A DNA stretch of 20,000 nucleotides from Rhizaria sp. SCN 62-66 (Eukaryota). Positions 19,790-20,000 of the stretch are shown piece by piece. The position numbers and the translations under genes were made by a program. The DNA lies in the NCBI GenBank assembly GCA_001724265.1, contig MEDY01000297.1:50257-70256 (forward strand), read 5' to 3'. The notes beneath the pieces were generated by a model. It saw only the letters and a list, made by a program, of their open reading frames with translations, was not told where the DNA came from and made no database searches. Every line of letters begins with the position of its first letter. The first letter of the stretch is position 1.

Positions 19790-19823
19790 AAAATATCCGT
19801 AGCTGTGGCTAAAATATCCGTAG
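19790..19823. repeat. Direct repeat AAAATATCCGTAG x2 (21-nt period)
   Basis: Exact 13-mers at 19790-19802 and 19811-19823 in the AT-rich region after OXA1. Confidence 0.85.
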
Positions 19824-20000
19824 TCGACCAAACAAATTTGTGATGGAAATTGGTTTTGTAATAAGCTTACGATTATAATTAGATTGATACGTCAATATTT
19901 ATTCACCATCGGTCCGTCGTAGGATGGCGCGCCGACGATTTTCGCTCCGCGCGGGCCCGTCGGAAATTCCCGGAACTTTTCTTTGCCTAATAAAGACCAT

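Noticed and set aside
15345-19823. CRISPR array or transposon ends from the short repeats
   Set aside because: Only two copies each, no spacers, no transposase, terminal inverted repeats or LTRs, and the context is eukaryotic.

Overview
Gene-dense, GC-rich eukaryotic (protist-like) nuclear DNA with short AT-richer intergenic spacers and ~170-225 nt GT-AG introns. There are seven protein-coding genes: a 5'-truncated SNF2/RAD5-RAD16/TTF2-like ATPase (+), a PepD-type M20 aminoacyl-His dipeptidase (-, 3 exons), a SpoU/TrmH RNA methyltransferase (+, 3 exons), geranylgeranyltransferase type-I beta (+), an orphan coiled-coil protein (-), a degenerate SLC25 mitochondrial carrier (-, 2 exons) and Oxa1 (+). 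The main observation is that three genes are broken in the standard-code ORF track only by isolated in-frame TAG codons (1162, 2824, 11416, 12064 on +; 14258-14260 on -). The frame continues after each one, with conserved motifs downstream in the two recognisable proteins. All seven genes end in TGA (5) or TAA (2) and none in TAG. This points to a variant nuclear genetic code in which UAG alone is a sense codon (Gln is my best guess) while UAA and UGA remain stops. Conserved proteins also carry very large low-complexity in-frame insertions, and all five inferred introns start with GTACG[C/T].
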